Shown one piece after another: positions 24,901 through 39,900 of a stretch of 64,000 nt of DNA. The notes under the pieces are model-generated. The model did not search any database, was not told the DNA's origin, and saw only the letters and a program-made list of their open reading frames with translations. Both the position numbers and the translations under genes were made by a program. Positions within the stretch are counted from its first letter, which is position 1. Every line of letters begins with the position of its first letter. This DNA is from Octopus vulgaris (taxonomy: Eukaryota), in the NCBI GenBank assembly GCA_951406725.2, contig OX597823.1, forward strand, positions 7,998,001 through 8,062,000, given 5' to 3'.

Positions 24901-27900
24901 AGTACCGACAGAGATCAAAGAGGAATGCCGACAGAGATCAAAGAGGAATGCCGACATAGATCAAAGGGGAGTACCGATAGAGACCAAAGAGGAATGGCGA
25001 CAGAGATCAAAGAGGAATGCCGACATAGATCAAAGATGAGTACCGACAGATATCACGGACAAATGCCGTCAAAGATCAAAGAGCAATGTCGACAAAGATC
25101 AAGGAGGACTGCCGACAGAGAACAAAGGGGAGTACCGACAGAGATCAAAGAGGAATGCCGACATAGATCAAAGAGGATTGCCGACAGATATCAAAGATAA
25201 ATGCCGTCAAATATCAAAGAGGAATGCCGACAGAGATCAAAGAGGAATGCCGACAAAGACCAAAGGGGAGTACCGATAGAGATCAAAGAGGAATGCCGAC
25301 AGAGATCAAAGAGGAAATCCGACAGAGATCAAAGGGGAGTACCGACAGATATCAAAGAGGAATGCCGACAGAGATCAAAGAGGAGTACCGACAGAGATCA
25401 AAGAGGAATGCCGACAGAGATCAAAGGGGAATACCGACAGATATCAAAGAGGAATGCCGACAGATATCAAAGAGGAATGCCGATAGAGATCAAAGAGGAG
25501 TACCGACAGAGATCAAAGAGAATGCCGACAGAGATCAAAGAGGAGTATCGAGAGAGATCAAAGAGGAATGCCGACACAGGTCAAAGGGGAGTACCGACAG
25601 AGATCAAAGAGGAATGCCGACATTGATCAAAGATGAGTACCGACAGATATCAAAGACAAATGCCATCAAAGATCAAAGAGGAATGCCGACAGAGATCAAA
25701 GAGGAATGCCGACATAGATCAAAGATGAGTACCGACAGATATCAAAGACAAATGCCGTCCAAAGATCAAAGAGGAATGCCGACAAAGATCAAAGAGGAAT
25801 GCCGACAGAGATCAAAGGGGAGTACCGACAGAGATCAAAGAGGAATGCCGACAGAGATCAAAGAGGATTGCCGACAGATATCAATGGGGAGTACCGAGAG
25901 AGATCAAAGAGGAATGCCGACAGAGATCAAAGAGGATTACCGACAGAGATCAAAGAGGAATGCCGACAGATATCAAAGGGGATTCCCGACAGATATCAAA
26001 GAGGAATGCCGACAGAGATCAAAGAGGAATGCCGACATAGATCAAAGATGAGTACCGACAGATATCAAAGACCAATGCCGCCAAAGATCAAAAAGGAATG
26101 CCGACAGAGATCAAAGAGGAATGCCGACAGAGATCAAAGGGGAGTACCGACAGAGATCAAAGAGGAATTCCGACAGAGATCAAAGAGGAGTACCGATAGA
26201 GATCAAAGAGGAATGCCGACAGAGATATATGGGAGTACCGACAGAGATCAAAGAGGAATGCCGACAGAGATCAAAGAGGAGTACCGACAGAGATCAAAGA
26301 GGAATGCCGACAGAGATCAAAGGGGAGTACCGACAGATATCAAAGAGGAATGCCGACAGAGATCAAAGAGGAATGCCGACATAGATCAAAGATGAGTACC
26401 GACAAATATCAAAGACAAATGCCGTCAAAGATCAAAGAGGAATGCCGACAGAGATCAAAGAGGAATGCCGACAGAGATCAAAGGGGAGTACCGACAGAGA
26501 TCAAAGAGGAATGCCGTCAGAGATCAAAGAGGAATGCCGACAGAGATCAAAGGGGAGTACCGACAGAGATCAAAGAGGAATGCCGACAGAGATCAAAGAG
26601 GAGTACCGACAGAGATCAAAGAGAATGCCGACAGAGATCAAAGGGGAGTACCGACAGATATCAAAGAGGAATGCCGACATAGATCAAAGATGAGTACCGA
26701 CATATAACAAAGACAAATGCCGCCAAAGATCAAAGAGGAATGCCGACAGAGATCAAAGAGGAATGCCGACAGAGATCAAAGGGGAGTACCGTCAGAGATC
26801 AAAGAGGAATGCCGACAGAGATCAAAGAGGAATGCCGACATAGATCAAAGATGAGTACCGACAGATATCAAAGACAAATGCCGTCAAAGATCAAAGAGGA
26901 ATGCTGACAGAGATCAAAGAGGAATGCTGACAGAGATCAAAGGGGAGTACCGACAGAGATCAAAGAGGAATGCCGTCAGAGATCAAAGAGGAATGCCGAC
27001 AGAGATCAAAGGGGAGTACCGACAGAGATCAAAGAGGAATGCCGACAGAGATCAAAGAGGAGTACCGACAGAGATCAAAGAGGAATGCCGACAGAGATCA
27101 AAGGGGAGTACCGACAGATATCAAAGAGGAATGCCGACATAGATCAAAGATGAGTACCGACATATAACAAAGACAAATGCCGCCAAAGATCAAAGAGGAA
27201 TGCCGACAGAGATCAAAGAGGAATGCCGACAGAGATCAAAGGGGAGTACCGACAGAGATCAAAGAGAATGCCGACAAAGATCAAAGAGGAGTACCGACAG
27301 AGATCAAAGAGGAATGCCGACAGAGATCAAAGGGGAGTACCGACAGAGATCAAAGAGGAATGCCGACAGAGATCAAAGAAGAATGCCGACATAGATCAAA
27401 GATGAGTACCGACAGATATCAAAGACCAATGCCGCCAAAGATCAAAAAGGAATGCCGACAGAGATCAAAGAGGAATGCCGACAGAGATCAAAGGGCAGTA
27501 CCGACAGAGATCAAAGAGAATGCCGACAGAGATCAAAGAGGAGTACCGATAGAGATCAAAGAGGAATGCCGACAGAGATATATGGGAGTACCGACAGAGA
27601 TCAAAGAGGAATGCCGACATAGATCAAAGATTAGTACCGACAGATATCAAAGACAAATGCGTCAAAGATCAAAGAGGAATGCCGATATAGATCAAAGAGG
27701 AATGCCGACATAGATCAAAGATGAGTACCGACAGATATCAAAGACAAATACCGTCAAAGATCAAAGAGAAATGCCGACAAAGATCAAAGAGGAATGCCGA
27801 CAGAGATCAAAGAGGAGTACCGACAGAGATCAAAGAGGAAGGCCGACATATATCAAAGGGGAGTCCCGACAGATATCAAAGAGGAATGCCGACAGAGATC

Positions 27901-30900
27901 AAAGAGGAATGCCGACATAGATCAAAGATGAGTACCGACAGATATCAAAGACCAATGCCGCCAAAGATCAAAAAGGAATGCCGACAGAGATCAAAGAAGA
28001 ATGCCGACAGAGATCAAAGTGCAGTACCGACAGAGATCAAAGAGAATGCCGACAGAGATCAAAGAGGAGTACCGATAGAGATCAAAGAGGAATGCCGACA
28101 GGCATATATGGGAGTACCGACAGAGATCAAAGAGGAATGCCGACAGAGATCAAAGAGGAGTACCGACAGAGATCAAAGAGGAATGCCGCCAAAGATCAAA
28201 GGGGAGTGCCGACAGATATCAAAGAGGAATGCCAACATAGATCAAAGATGAGTACCGACAGATAACAAAGACAAATGCCGCCAAAGATCAAAGAGAAATG
28301 CCGACAGAGCTCAAAGAGGAATGCCGACAGAGTTCAAAGGGGAGTAACGACAGAGATCAAAGAGAATGCCAACAGAGATCAAAGAGGAGTACCGATAGAG
28401 ATCAAAGAGGAATGCCGACAGAGATCAAAGGGGAGTACCGACAGAGATCAAAGAGGAATGCCGACAGAGATCAAAGAGGAATGCCGACATAGATCAAAGA
28501 TGAGTACCGACAGATATCAAAGACAAATGCCATTAAAGATCAAAGAGGAATGCCGACAGAGATCAAAGAGGAATGCTGACAGAGATCAAAGGGGAGTACC
28601 GTCAGATATCAAAGAGGAATGCCGACAGAGATCAAAGAGGAATGCCGATATAGATCAAAGGGGAGTACCGACAGAGATCAAAGAGGAATGCCGACAATGA
28701 TCAAAGTGGAATGCCGACAGAGATCAAAGGGGAGTACCGACAGAGATTAAAGAGGAATGCCGACAGAGATCAAAGGGGAGTACCGACAGATATCAATAAG
28801 GAATGCCGACAGAGATCAAAGAGGAATGCCGACATAGATCAAAGATGAGTACCGACTGATATCAAAGACAAATGCCGCCAAAGATCAAAGAGGAATGCCG
28901 ACAGATATCAAAGAGGAATGCCGACAGAGATCAAAGAGGAGTACCGACAGAGATCAAAGAGAATGCCGACAGAGATCAAAGAGGAGTACTGATAGAGAAT
29001 AAAGAGGAATGCCGACAGAGATCAAGGGGAGTACCGACAGAGATCAAAGAGGAATGCCGACATAGATCAAAGATGAGTACCGACAGATATCAAAGACAAA
29101 TGCCGTCAAAGATCAAAGAGGAATGCCAATAGAGATCAAAGAGGAATGCCGACATAGATCAAAGATGAGTACCGACAGATATCAAATACAAATGCCGTCA
29201 AAGATCAAAGAGAAATGCCGACAAAGATCAAAGAGGAATGCCGACAGAGATCAAAGAGGAGTAACGACAGAGATCAAAGAGGAAGGCCGACAGATATCAA
29301 AGGGGAGTCCCGACAGATATCAGAGAGGAATGCCGACAGAGATCAAAGAGGAATGCCGACATAGATCAAAGATGAGTACCGACAGATATCAAAGACCAAT
29401 GCCGCCAAAGATCAAATAGGAATGCCGACAGAGATAAAGAGGAATGCCGACAGAGATCAAAGGGCAGTACCGACAGAGATCAAAGAGAATGCCGACAGAG
29501 ATCAAAGAGGAGTACCGATAGAGATCAAAGAGGAATGCCGACAGAGATATATGGGAGTACCGACAGAGATCAAAGAGGAATGCCGACAGAGATCAAAGAG
29601 GTGTACCGACAGAGATCAAAGAGGAATGCCGACAGAGATCAAAGGGGAGTACCGACAGATATCAAAGAGGAATGCCGACATAGATCAAAGATGAGTACCG
29701 ACAGATAACAAAGACAAATGCCGCCAAAGATCAAAGAGGAATGCCGACAGAGCTCAAAGAGAAATGCCGACAGAGTTCAAAGGGGAGTAACGACAGAGAT
29801 CAAAGAGGAGTACCGACAGAGATCAAAGAGGAATGCCGACAGAGATTAAAGGGGAGTACTTACAGAGATCAAAGAGGAATGCCGACAGAGATCAAAGAGG
29901 AATGCCGACATAGATCAAAGATGAGTACCGACAGATATCAAAGACAAATGCCGTTAAAGATCAAAGAGGAATGCCGACAGAGATCAAAGAGGAATGCCGA
30001 CAGAGATCAAAGGGGAGTACCGACAGAGATCAAAGAGAATGTCGACAGAGACCAAAGAGGAATACCGATAGAGATCAAAGAGGAATGCCGACAGAGATCA
30101 AAGGGTGTACCGACAGAGATCAAAGAGGAATGCCGACAGAGATCAAAGGGGGTACCGACAGATATCAAAGACAAATGCCGTCAAAGATCAAAGAGGAATG
30201 CCGACAGAGATCAAAGAGGAATGCCGACATAGATCAAAGTGTAGTACCGACAGAGATCAAAGAGGAATGCCGACAGAGATCAAAGAGGAATGCCGACAGA
30301 GTTCAAAGGGGAGTACCAACAGAGATCAAAGAGGATTGCCGACAGAGATAAAAGAGGAGTACCGACAGAGATCAAAGAGGAATGCCGACAGAGTTCAAAG
30401 GGGAGTACCAACAGAGATCAAAGAGGAATGCCGAAAGAGATTAAAGAGGAGAACCGACAGAGATCAAAGGGGAGTACCGACAGAGATCAAAAAGAAATGC
30501 CGACAGATATCAAAGAGGAGTACCGACAGATATCAAAGACAAATGCCGTCAAAGATCAAAGAGGAATGCCGACATAGATCAAAGAGGAATGCTGACAGAG
30601 ATCAAAGGGGAGTACCGACAGAGATCAAAGAGGAATGCCGACAGAGATCAAAGAGGAATGCCGATAGAGATCAAAGAGGATTACCGTCAGAGGTCAAAGA
30701 GGAATACCGACAGATATCAAAGACAAATGCCGTCAAAGATCAAAGAGGAATGCCGACAGAGATCAAAGAGGAATGCCGACAGAGATCAAAGGGGAGTATC
30801 GACAGAGATCAAAGAGAATGCCGACAGAGATCAAAGAGGAGTACCGACAGAGATCAAAGAGGAATGCCGACAGAGACCAAAGAGGAGTACCGACAGAGAT

Positions 30901-33900
30901 CAAAGAGGAATGCCGACAGAGATCAAAGGGGAGTACCGACAGAGATCAAAGAGGAGTACCGACAGATATCAAAGACAAATGCCATCAAAAATCAAAGAGG
31001 AATGCCAACAGAGATCAAAGAGGAGTACCGACAGAGATCAAAGGGGAATGCCGACAGAGATCAAAGAGGAGTACCGACAGAGATCGAAGAGGAATGTCGA
31101 CAAAGATCGAAGAGGAATGTCGACAAAGATCAAAGAGGAGTACCGACAGAGATCAAAGAGGAATGCCGACAGAGATAAAAGGGAGTACCGACAGAGATCA
31201 AAGAGGAGTACCGACAGATATCAAAGACAAATGCCGTCAAAGATCAAAGAGGAATGCCGACGTAGATCAAAGAGGAATGCCGACAGAGATCAAAGGGGAG
31301 TACCGACAGAGATCAAAGAGAATGTCGACAGAGATCAAAGAGGAGTACCGACAGAGATCAAAGAGGAATGCCGAAAGAGATTAAAGAGGAGAACCGACAG
31401 AGATCAAAGGGGAGTACCGACAGAGATCAAAAAGAAATGCCGACAGATATCAAAGAGGAGTACCGATAGAGATCAAAGAGGAATGCCGACAGAGATCAAA
31501 GGGGAGTACCGACAGAGATCAAAGAGGAATGCCGACAGAGATCAAAGAGGAATGCCGACATAGATCAAAGATGAGTACCGACAGATATCAAAGACAAATG
31601 CCGTCAATGATCAAAGAGGAATGCCGCCATAGATCATAGATGAATGCTGACAGAGATCAAAGGGGAGTACCGACAGAGATCAAAGAGGAATGCCGACAGA
31701 GATCAAAGAGGAATGCCGATAGAGATCAAAGAGGAGTACCGTCAGAGATCAAAGAGGAATACTGACAGATATCAAAGACAAATGCCGTCAAAGATCAAAG
31801 AGGAATGCCGACAGAGATCAAAGAGGAATGCCGACAGGGATCAAAGGGGAGTACCGACAGAGATCAAAGAGAATGCCGACAGAGATCAAAGAGGAGTACC
31901 GACAGAGATCAAAGAGGAATGCCGACAGAGACCAAAGAGGAGTACCGACAGAGATCAAAGAGGAATGCCGACAGAGATCAAAGGGGAGTACCGACAGAGA
32001 TCAAAGAGGATTGCCGAAAGATATCAAAGATAAATGCCGTCAAATATCAAAGAGGAATGCCGACAGAGATCAAAGGAGTACCGACAGAGATCAAAGAGGA
32101 ATGCCGACAGATATCAAAGAGGAGTACCGACAGAGATCGAAGAGGAATGTCGACAAAGATCAAAGAGGAGTACCGACAGAGATTAAAGAGGAATGCCGAC
32201 AGAGATAAAAGGGGAGTACCGACAGAGATCAAAGAGGAGTACCGACAGATATCAAAGACAAATGCCGTCAAAGATCAAAGAGGAATGCCGACGTAGATCA
32301 AAGAGGAATGCCGACAGAGATCAAAGGGAGTACCGACAGAGATCAAAGAGAATGCCGACAGAGATCAAAGAGGAGTACCGACAGAGATCAAAGAGGAATG
32401 CCGACAGAGATCAAAGAGGAGTACCGACAGAGATCAAAGAGGAATGCCGACAGAGATCAAAGAGGAGTACCGACAGAGATCGAAGAGGAATGCCAACAGA
32501 GATCAAAGAGGAGTACCGACAGAGATCAAAGAGAATGCCGACAGAGATCAAAGAGGAGTATCGAGAGAGATCAAAGAGGAATGCCGACACAGGTCAAAGG
32601 GGAGTACCGACAGAGATCAATGAGGAATTCCGACATTGATTAAAGATGAGTCCCGACAGATATCAAAGACAAATGCCATCAAAGATCAAAGAGGAATGCC
32701 GACAGAGATCAAAGAGGAATGCCGACATAGATCAAAGATGAGTACCGACAGATATCAAAGACAAATGCCGCCAAAGATCAAAGAGGAATGCCGACAAAGA
32801 TCAAAGAGGAATGCCGACAGAGATCAAAGGGGATTACCGACAGAGATCAAAGAGGAATGCCGACAGAGATCAAAGAGGATTGCCGACAGATATCAAAGGG
32901 GAGTACCGACAGAGATCAAAGAGGAATGCCGACAGAGATCAAAGAGGATTACCGACAGAGATCAAAGAGGAATGCCGACAGATATCAAAGAGGAATTCCG
33001 ACAGATATCAAAGAGGAATGACGACAGAGATCAAAGAGGAATGCCGACATAGATCAAAGATGAGTACCGACAGATATCAAAGACCAATGCCGCCAAAGAT
33101 CAAAAAGGAATGCCGACAGAGATCAAAGAGGAATGCCGACAGAGATCAAAGGGCAGTACCGACAGAGATCAAAGAGAATTCCGACAGAAATCAAAGAGGA
33201 GTACCGATAGAGATCAAAGAGGAATGCCGACAGAGATATATGGGAGTACCGACAGAGATCAAAGAGGAATGCCGACAGAGATCAAAGAGGAGTACCGACA
33301 GAGATCAAAGAGGAATGCCGACAGAGATCAAAGGGGAGTACCGACAGATATCAAAGAGGAATGCCGACAGAGATCCAAGAGGAATGCCGACATAGATCAA
33401 AGATGAGTACCGACAAATATCAAAGACAAATGCCGTCAAAGATCAAAGAGGAATGCCGACAGAGATCAAAGAGGAATGCTGATAGAGATCAAAGGGGAGT
33501 ACCGACAGAGATCAAAGAGGAATGCCGTCAGAGATCAAAGAGGAATGCCGACAGAGATCAAAGGGAGTACCGACAGAGATCAAAGAGGAATGCCGACAGA
33601 GATCAAAGAGGAGTACCGACAGAGATCAAAGAGGAATGCCGACAGAGATCAAAGGGGAGTACCGACAGATATCAAAGAGGAATGCCGACATAGATCAAAG
33701 ATGAGTACCGACATATAACAAAGACAAATGCCGCCAAAGATCAAAGAGGAATGCCGACAGAGATCAAAGAGGAATGCCGACAGAGATCATAAGGGAGTAC
33801 CGACAGAGATCAAAGTTGAATGCCGACAGAGATCAAAGATGAGTACCGACAGAGATCAAAGAGGAATGCCGACAGAGATCAAAGGAGTACCGACAGAGAT

Positions 33901-36900
33901 CAAAGAGGAATGCCGACAGAGATCAAAGAAGAATGCCGACATAGATCAAAGATGAGTACCGACAGATATCAAAGACCAATGCCGCCAAAGATCAAAAAGG
34001 AATGCCGATAGAGATCAAAGAGGAATGCCGACAGAGATCAAAGGGCAGTACCGACAGAGATCAAAGAGAATGCCGACAGAGATCAAAGAGGAGTACCGAT
34101 AGAGATCAAAGAGGAATGCCGACAGAGATATATGGGAGTACCGACAGAGATCAAAGAGGAATGCCGACATAGATCAAAGATTAGTACCGACAGATATCAA
34201 AGACAAATGCGTCAAAGATCAAAGAGGAATGCCGATATAGATCAAAGAGGAATGCCGACATAGATCAAAGATGAGTACCGACAGATATCAAAGACAAATA
34301 CCGTCAAAGATCAAAGAGAAATGCCGACAAAGATCAAAGAGGAATGCCGACAGAGATCAAAGAGGAGTACCGACAGAGATCAAAGAGGAAGGCCGACAGA
34401 TATCAAAGGGGAGTCCCGACAGATATCAAAGAGGAATGCCGACAGAGATCAAAGAGGAATGCCGACATAGATCAAAGATGAGTACCGACAGATATCAAAG
34501 ACCAATGCCGCCAAAGATCAAAAAGGAATGCCGACAGAGATCAAAGAAGAATGCCGACAGAGATCAAAGTGCAGTACCGACAGAGATCAAAGAGAATGCC
34601 GACAGAGATCAAAGAGGAGTACCGATAGAGATCAAAGAGGAATGCCGACAGGCATATATGGGAGTACCGACAGAGATCAAAGAGGAATGCCGACAGAGAT
34701 CAAAGAGGAGTACCGACAGAGATCAAAGAGGAATGCCGCCAAAGATCAAAGGGGAGTGCCGACAGATATCAAAGAGGAATGCCAACATAGATCAAAGATG
34801 AGTACCGACAGATAACAAAGACAAATGCCGCCAAAGATCAAAGAGAAATGCCGACAGAGCTCAAAGAGGAATGCCGACAGAGTTCAAAGGGGAGTAACGA
34901 CAGAGATCAAAGAGAATGCCAACAGAGATCAAAGAGGAGTACCGATAGAGATCAAAGAGGAATGCCGACAGAGATCAAAGGGGAGTACCGACAGAGATCA
35001 AAGAGGAATGCCGACAGAGATCAAAGAGGAATGCCGACATAGATCAAAGATGAGTACCGACAGATATCAAAGACAAATGCCATTAAAGATCAAAGAGGAA
35101 TGCCGACAGAGATCAAAGAGGAATGCTGACAGAGATCAAAGGGGAGTACCGTCAGATATCAAAGAGGAATGCCGACAGAGATCAAAGAGGAATGCCGATA
35201 TAGATCAAAGGGGAGTACCGACAGAGATCAAAGAGGAATGCCGACAATGATCAAAGTGGAATGCCGACAGAGATCAAAGGGGAGTACCGACAGAGATTAA
35301 AGAGGAATGCCGACAGAGATCAAAGGGGAGTACCGACAGATATCAATAAGGAATGCCGACAGAGATCAAAGAGGAATGCCGACATAGATCAAAGATGAGT
35401 ACCGACTGATATCAAAGACAAATGCCGCCAAAGATCAAAGAGGAATGCCGACAGATATCAAAGAGGAATGCCGACAGAGATCAAAGAGGAGTACCGACAG
35501 AGATCAAAGAGAATGCCGACAGAGATCAAAGAGGAGTACTGATAGAGAATAAAGAGGAATGCCGACAGAGATCAAGGGGGAGTACCGACAGAGATCAAAG
35601 AGGAATGCCGACATAGATCAAAGATGAGTACCGACAGATATCAAAGACAAATGCCGTCAAAGATCAAAGAGGAATGCCAATAGAGATCAAAGAGGAATGC
35701 CGACATAGATCAAAGATGAGTACCGACAGATATCAAATACAAATGCCGTCAAAGATCAAAGAGAAATGCCGACAAAGATCAAAGAGGAATGCCGACAGAG
35801 ATCAAAGAGGAGTAACGACAGAGATCAAAGAGGAAGGCCGACAGATATCAAAGGGGAGTCCCGACAGATATCAGAGAGGAATGCCGACAGAGATCAAAGA
35901 GGAATGCCGACATAGATCAAAGATGAGTACCGACAGATATCAAAGACCAATGCCGCCAAAGATCAAATAGGAATGCCGACAGAGATAAAGAGGAATGCCG
36001 ACAGAGATCAAAGGGCAGTACCGACAGAGATCAAAGAGAATGCCGACAGAGATCAAAGAGGAGTACCGATAAAGATCAAAGAGGAATGCCGACAGAGATA
36101 TATGGGAGTACCGACAGAGATCAAAGAGGAATGCCGACAGAGATCAAAGAGGAGTACCGACAGAGATCAAAGAGGAATGCCGACAGAGATCAAAGGGGAG
36201 TACCGACAGATATCAAAGAGGAATGCCGACATAGATCAAAGATGAGTACCGACAGATAACAAAGACAAATGCCGCCAAAGATCAAAGAGGAATGCCGACA
36301 GAGCTCAAAGAGAAATGCCGACAGAGTTCAAAGGGGAGTAACGACAGAGATCAAAGAGAATGCCAACAGAGATCAAAGAGGAGTACCGACAGAGATCAAA
36401 GAGGAATGCCGACAGAGATTAAAGGGGAGTACTTACAGAGATCAAAGAGGAATGCCGACAGAGATCAAAGAGGAATGCCGACATAGATCAAAGATGAGTA
36501 CCGACAGATATCAAAGACAAATGCCGTTAAAGATCAAAGAGGAATGCCGACAGAGATCAAAGAGGAATGCCGACAGAGATCAAAGGGGAGTACCGACAGA
36601 GATCAAAGAGAATGTCGACAGAGACCAAAGAGGAATACCGATAGAGATCAAAGAGGAATGCCGACAGAGATCAAAGGGGTGTACCGACAGAGATCAAAGA
36701 GGAATGCCGACAGAGATCAAAGGGGGTACCGACAGATATCAAAGACAAATGCCGTCAAAGATCAAAGAGGAATGCCGACAGAGATCAAAGAGGAATGCCG
36801 ACATAGATCAAAGTGTAGTACCGACAGAGATCAAAGAGGAATGCCGACAGAGATCAAAGAGGAATGCCGACAGAGTTCAAAGGGGAGTACCAACAGAGAT

Positions 36901-39900
36901 CAAAGAGGATTGCCGACAGAGATAAAAGAGGAGTACCGACAGAGATCAAAGAGGAATGCCGACAGAGTTCAAAGGGGAGTACCAACAGAGATCAAAGAGG
37001 AATGCCGAAAGAGATTAAAGAGGAGAACCGACAGAGATCAAAGGGGAGTACCGACAGAGATCAAAAAGAAATGCCGACAGATATCAAAGAGGAGTACCGA
37101 TAGAGATCAAAGAGGAATGCCGACAGAGATCAAAGGGGAGTACCGACAGAGATCAAAGAGGAATGCCGACAGAGATCAAAGAGGAATGCCGACATAGATC
37201 AAAGATGAGTACCGACAGATATCAAAGACAAATGCCGTCAAAGATCAAAGAGGAATGCCGACATAGATCAAAGAGGAATGCTGACAGAGATCAAAGGGGA
37301 GTACCGACAGAGATCAAAGAGGAATGCCGACAGAGATCAAAGAGGAATGCCGATAGAGATCAAAGAGGATTACCGTCAGAGATCAAAGAGGAATACCGAC
37401 AGATATCAAAGACAAATGCCGTCAAAGATCAAAGAGGAATGCCGACAGAGATCAAAGAGGAATGCCGACAGAGATCAAAGGGGAGTATCGACAGAGATCA
37501 AAGAGAATGCCGACAGAGATCAAAGAGGAGTACCGACAGAGATCAAAGAGGAATGCCGACAGAGACCAAAGAGGAGTACCGACAGAGATCAAAGAGGAAT
37601 GCCGACAGAGATCAAAGGGGAGCACCGACAGAGATCAAAGAGGAGTACCGACAGATATCAAAGACAAATGCCATCAAAAATCAAAGAGGAATGCCAACAG
37701 AGATCAAAGAGGAGTACCGACAGAGATCAAAGGGGAATGCCGACAGAGATCAAAGAGGAGTACCGACAGAGATCGAAGAGGAATGTCGACAAAGATCGAA
37801 GAGGAATGTCGACAAAGATCAAAGAGGAGTACCGACAGAGATCAAAGAGGAATGCCGACAGAGATAAAAGGGGAGTACCGACAGAGATCAAAGAGGAGTA
37901 CCGACAGATATCAAAGACAAATGCCGTCAAAGATCAAAGAGGAATGCCGACGTAGATCAAAGAGGAATGCCGACAGAGATCAAAGGGGAGTACCGACAGA
38001 GATCAAAGAGAATGTCGACAGAGATCAAAGAGGAGTACCGACAGAGATCAAAGAGGAATGCCGAAAGAGATTAAAGAGGAGAACCGACAGAGATCAAAGG
38101 GGAGTACCGACAGAGATCAAAAAGAAATGCCGACAGATATCAAAGAGGAGTACCGATAGAGATCAAAGAGGAATGCCGACAGAGATCAAAGGGAGTACCG
38201 ACAGAGATCAAAGAGGAATGCCGACAGAGATCAAAGAGGAATGCCGACATAGATCAAAGATGAGTACCGACAGATATCAAAGACAAATGCCGTCAATGAT
38301 CAAAGAGGAATGCCGACATAGATCAAAGAGGAATGCTGACAGAGATCAAAGGGGAGTACCGACAGAGATCAAAGAGGAATGCCGACAGAGATCAAAGAGG
38401 AATGCCGATAGAGATCAAAGAGGAGTACCGTCAGAGATCAAAGAGGAATACTGACAGATATCAAAGACAAATGCCGTCAAAGATCAAAGAGGAATGCCGA
38501 CAGAGATCAAAGAGGAATGCCGACAGAGATCAAAGGGGAGTCCCGAACAGAGATCAAAGAGGAATGCCGACAGAGATCAAAGAGGAATACCGACAGAGAT
38601 CAAAGAAGTACCGACAGAATCAAAGACCAATGCCGCAAAGATCAAATAGGATACCGACAGAGATAAAGAGGAATGCCGACAGAGATCAAAGGGATACCGA
38701 CAGAGATCAAAGAGAATGCCGACAGAGATCAAAGAGGAGTACCGACAGAGATCAAAGAGGAATGCCGACAGAGATAAGGGAGTACCGACAGAGATCAAGA
38801 GGAATGCCGACAGAGATCAAAGAGGAATACCGACAGAGATCAAAGAGGAATGCCGACAGAGATCAAAGGGAGTACCGACAGATATCAAAGAGGAATGCCG
38901 ACAAGATCAAAGAGGAGTACCGACAGATATCAAAGACAAATGCCGCCAAAGATCAAAGAGGAATGCCGACAGAGTCAAAGAGAAATGCCGACAGAGATCA
39001 AAGGGAATGCCGACAGAGATCAAAGAGGAGTACCGACAGAGATCAAAGGAATGCCGACAGAGATCAAAAGGGAGTACCGACAGAGATCAAAGAGGAATGC
39101 CGACAGAGATCAAAGAGGAATGCCGACATAGATCAAAGATGAGTACCGACAGATATCAAAGACAAATGCCGTTAAAGATCAAAGAGGAATGCCGACAGAG
39201 AGATCAAAGAGGAATGCCGACAGAGATCAAAGGGGAGTACCGACAGAGATCAAAGAGAATGCCGACAGAGATCAAAGAGGAGTACCGACAGAGATCAAAG
39301 AGGAATGCCGACAGAGATCAAAGAGGAGTACCGACAGAGATCAAAGAGGAATGCCGACAGAGATCAAAGAGGGGTACCGACAGAGATCAAAGAGGAAACA
39401 AAGATCAAAGAGGAATGCCGACAGAGATCAAAGAGGAATGCCGACAGAGATCAAAGAGGAGTACCGACAGAGATCAAAGAGGAATGCCGACAGAGATCAA
39501 AGAGGAATGCCGACAGAGATCAAAGGGAGTACCACAGAGATCAAAGAGGAATGCCGACAGAGATCAAAGGGAGTACCGACAGAGATCAAAGAGGAATGCC
39601 GACAGATTCAAAGGGAGTACCACAGAGATCAAAGAGGAATGCCGACAGAGATCAAAGAGGAGTACCGACAGAGATCAAAGGGAGTACCGACAGAGATCAA
39701 AAAGGAATGCCGACAGAGATCAAAGAGGAGTACCGACAGATATCAAAGACAAATGCCGTCAAAGATCAAAGAGGAATGCCGACAGAGATCAAAATACCGA
39801 CAGAGATCAAAGGGGAGTACCGACAGAGATCAAAGAGGAATGCCGACAGAGATCAAAGAGGAATGCCGATAGAGATCAAAGAGGAATTACCGACAGAGAT

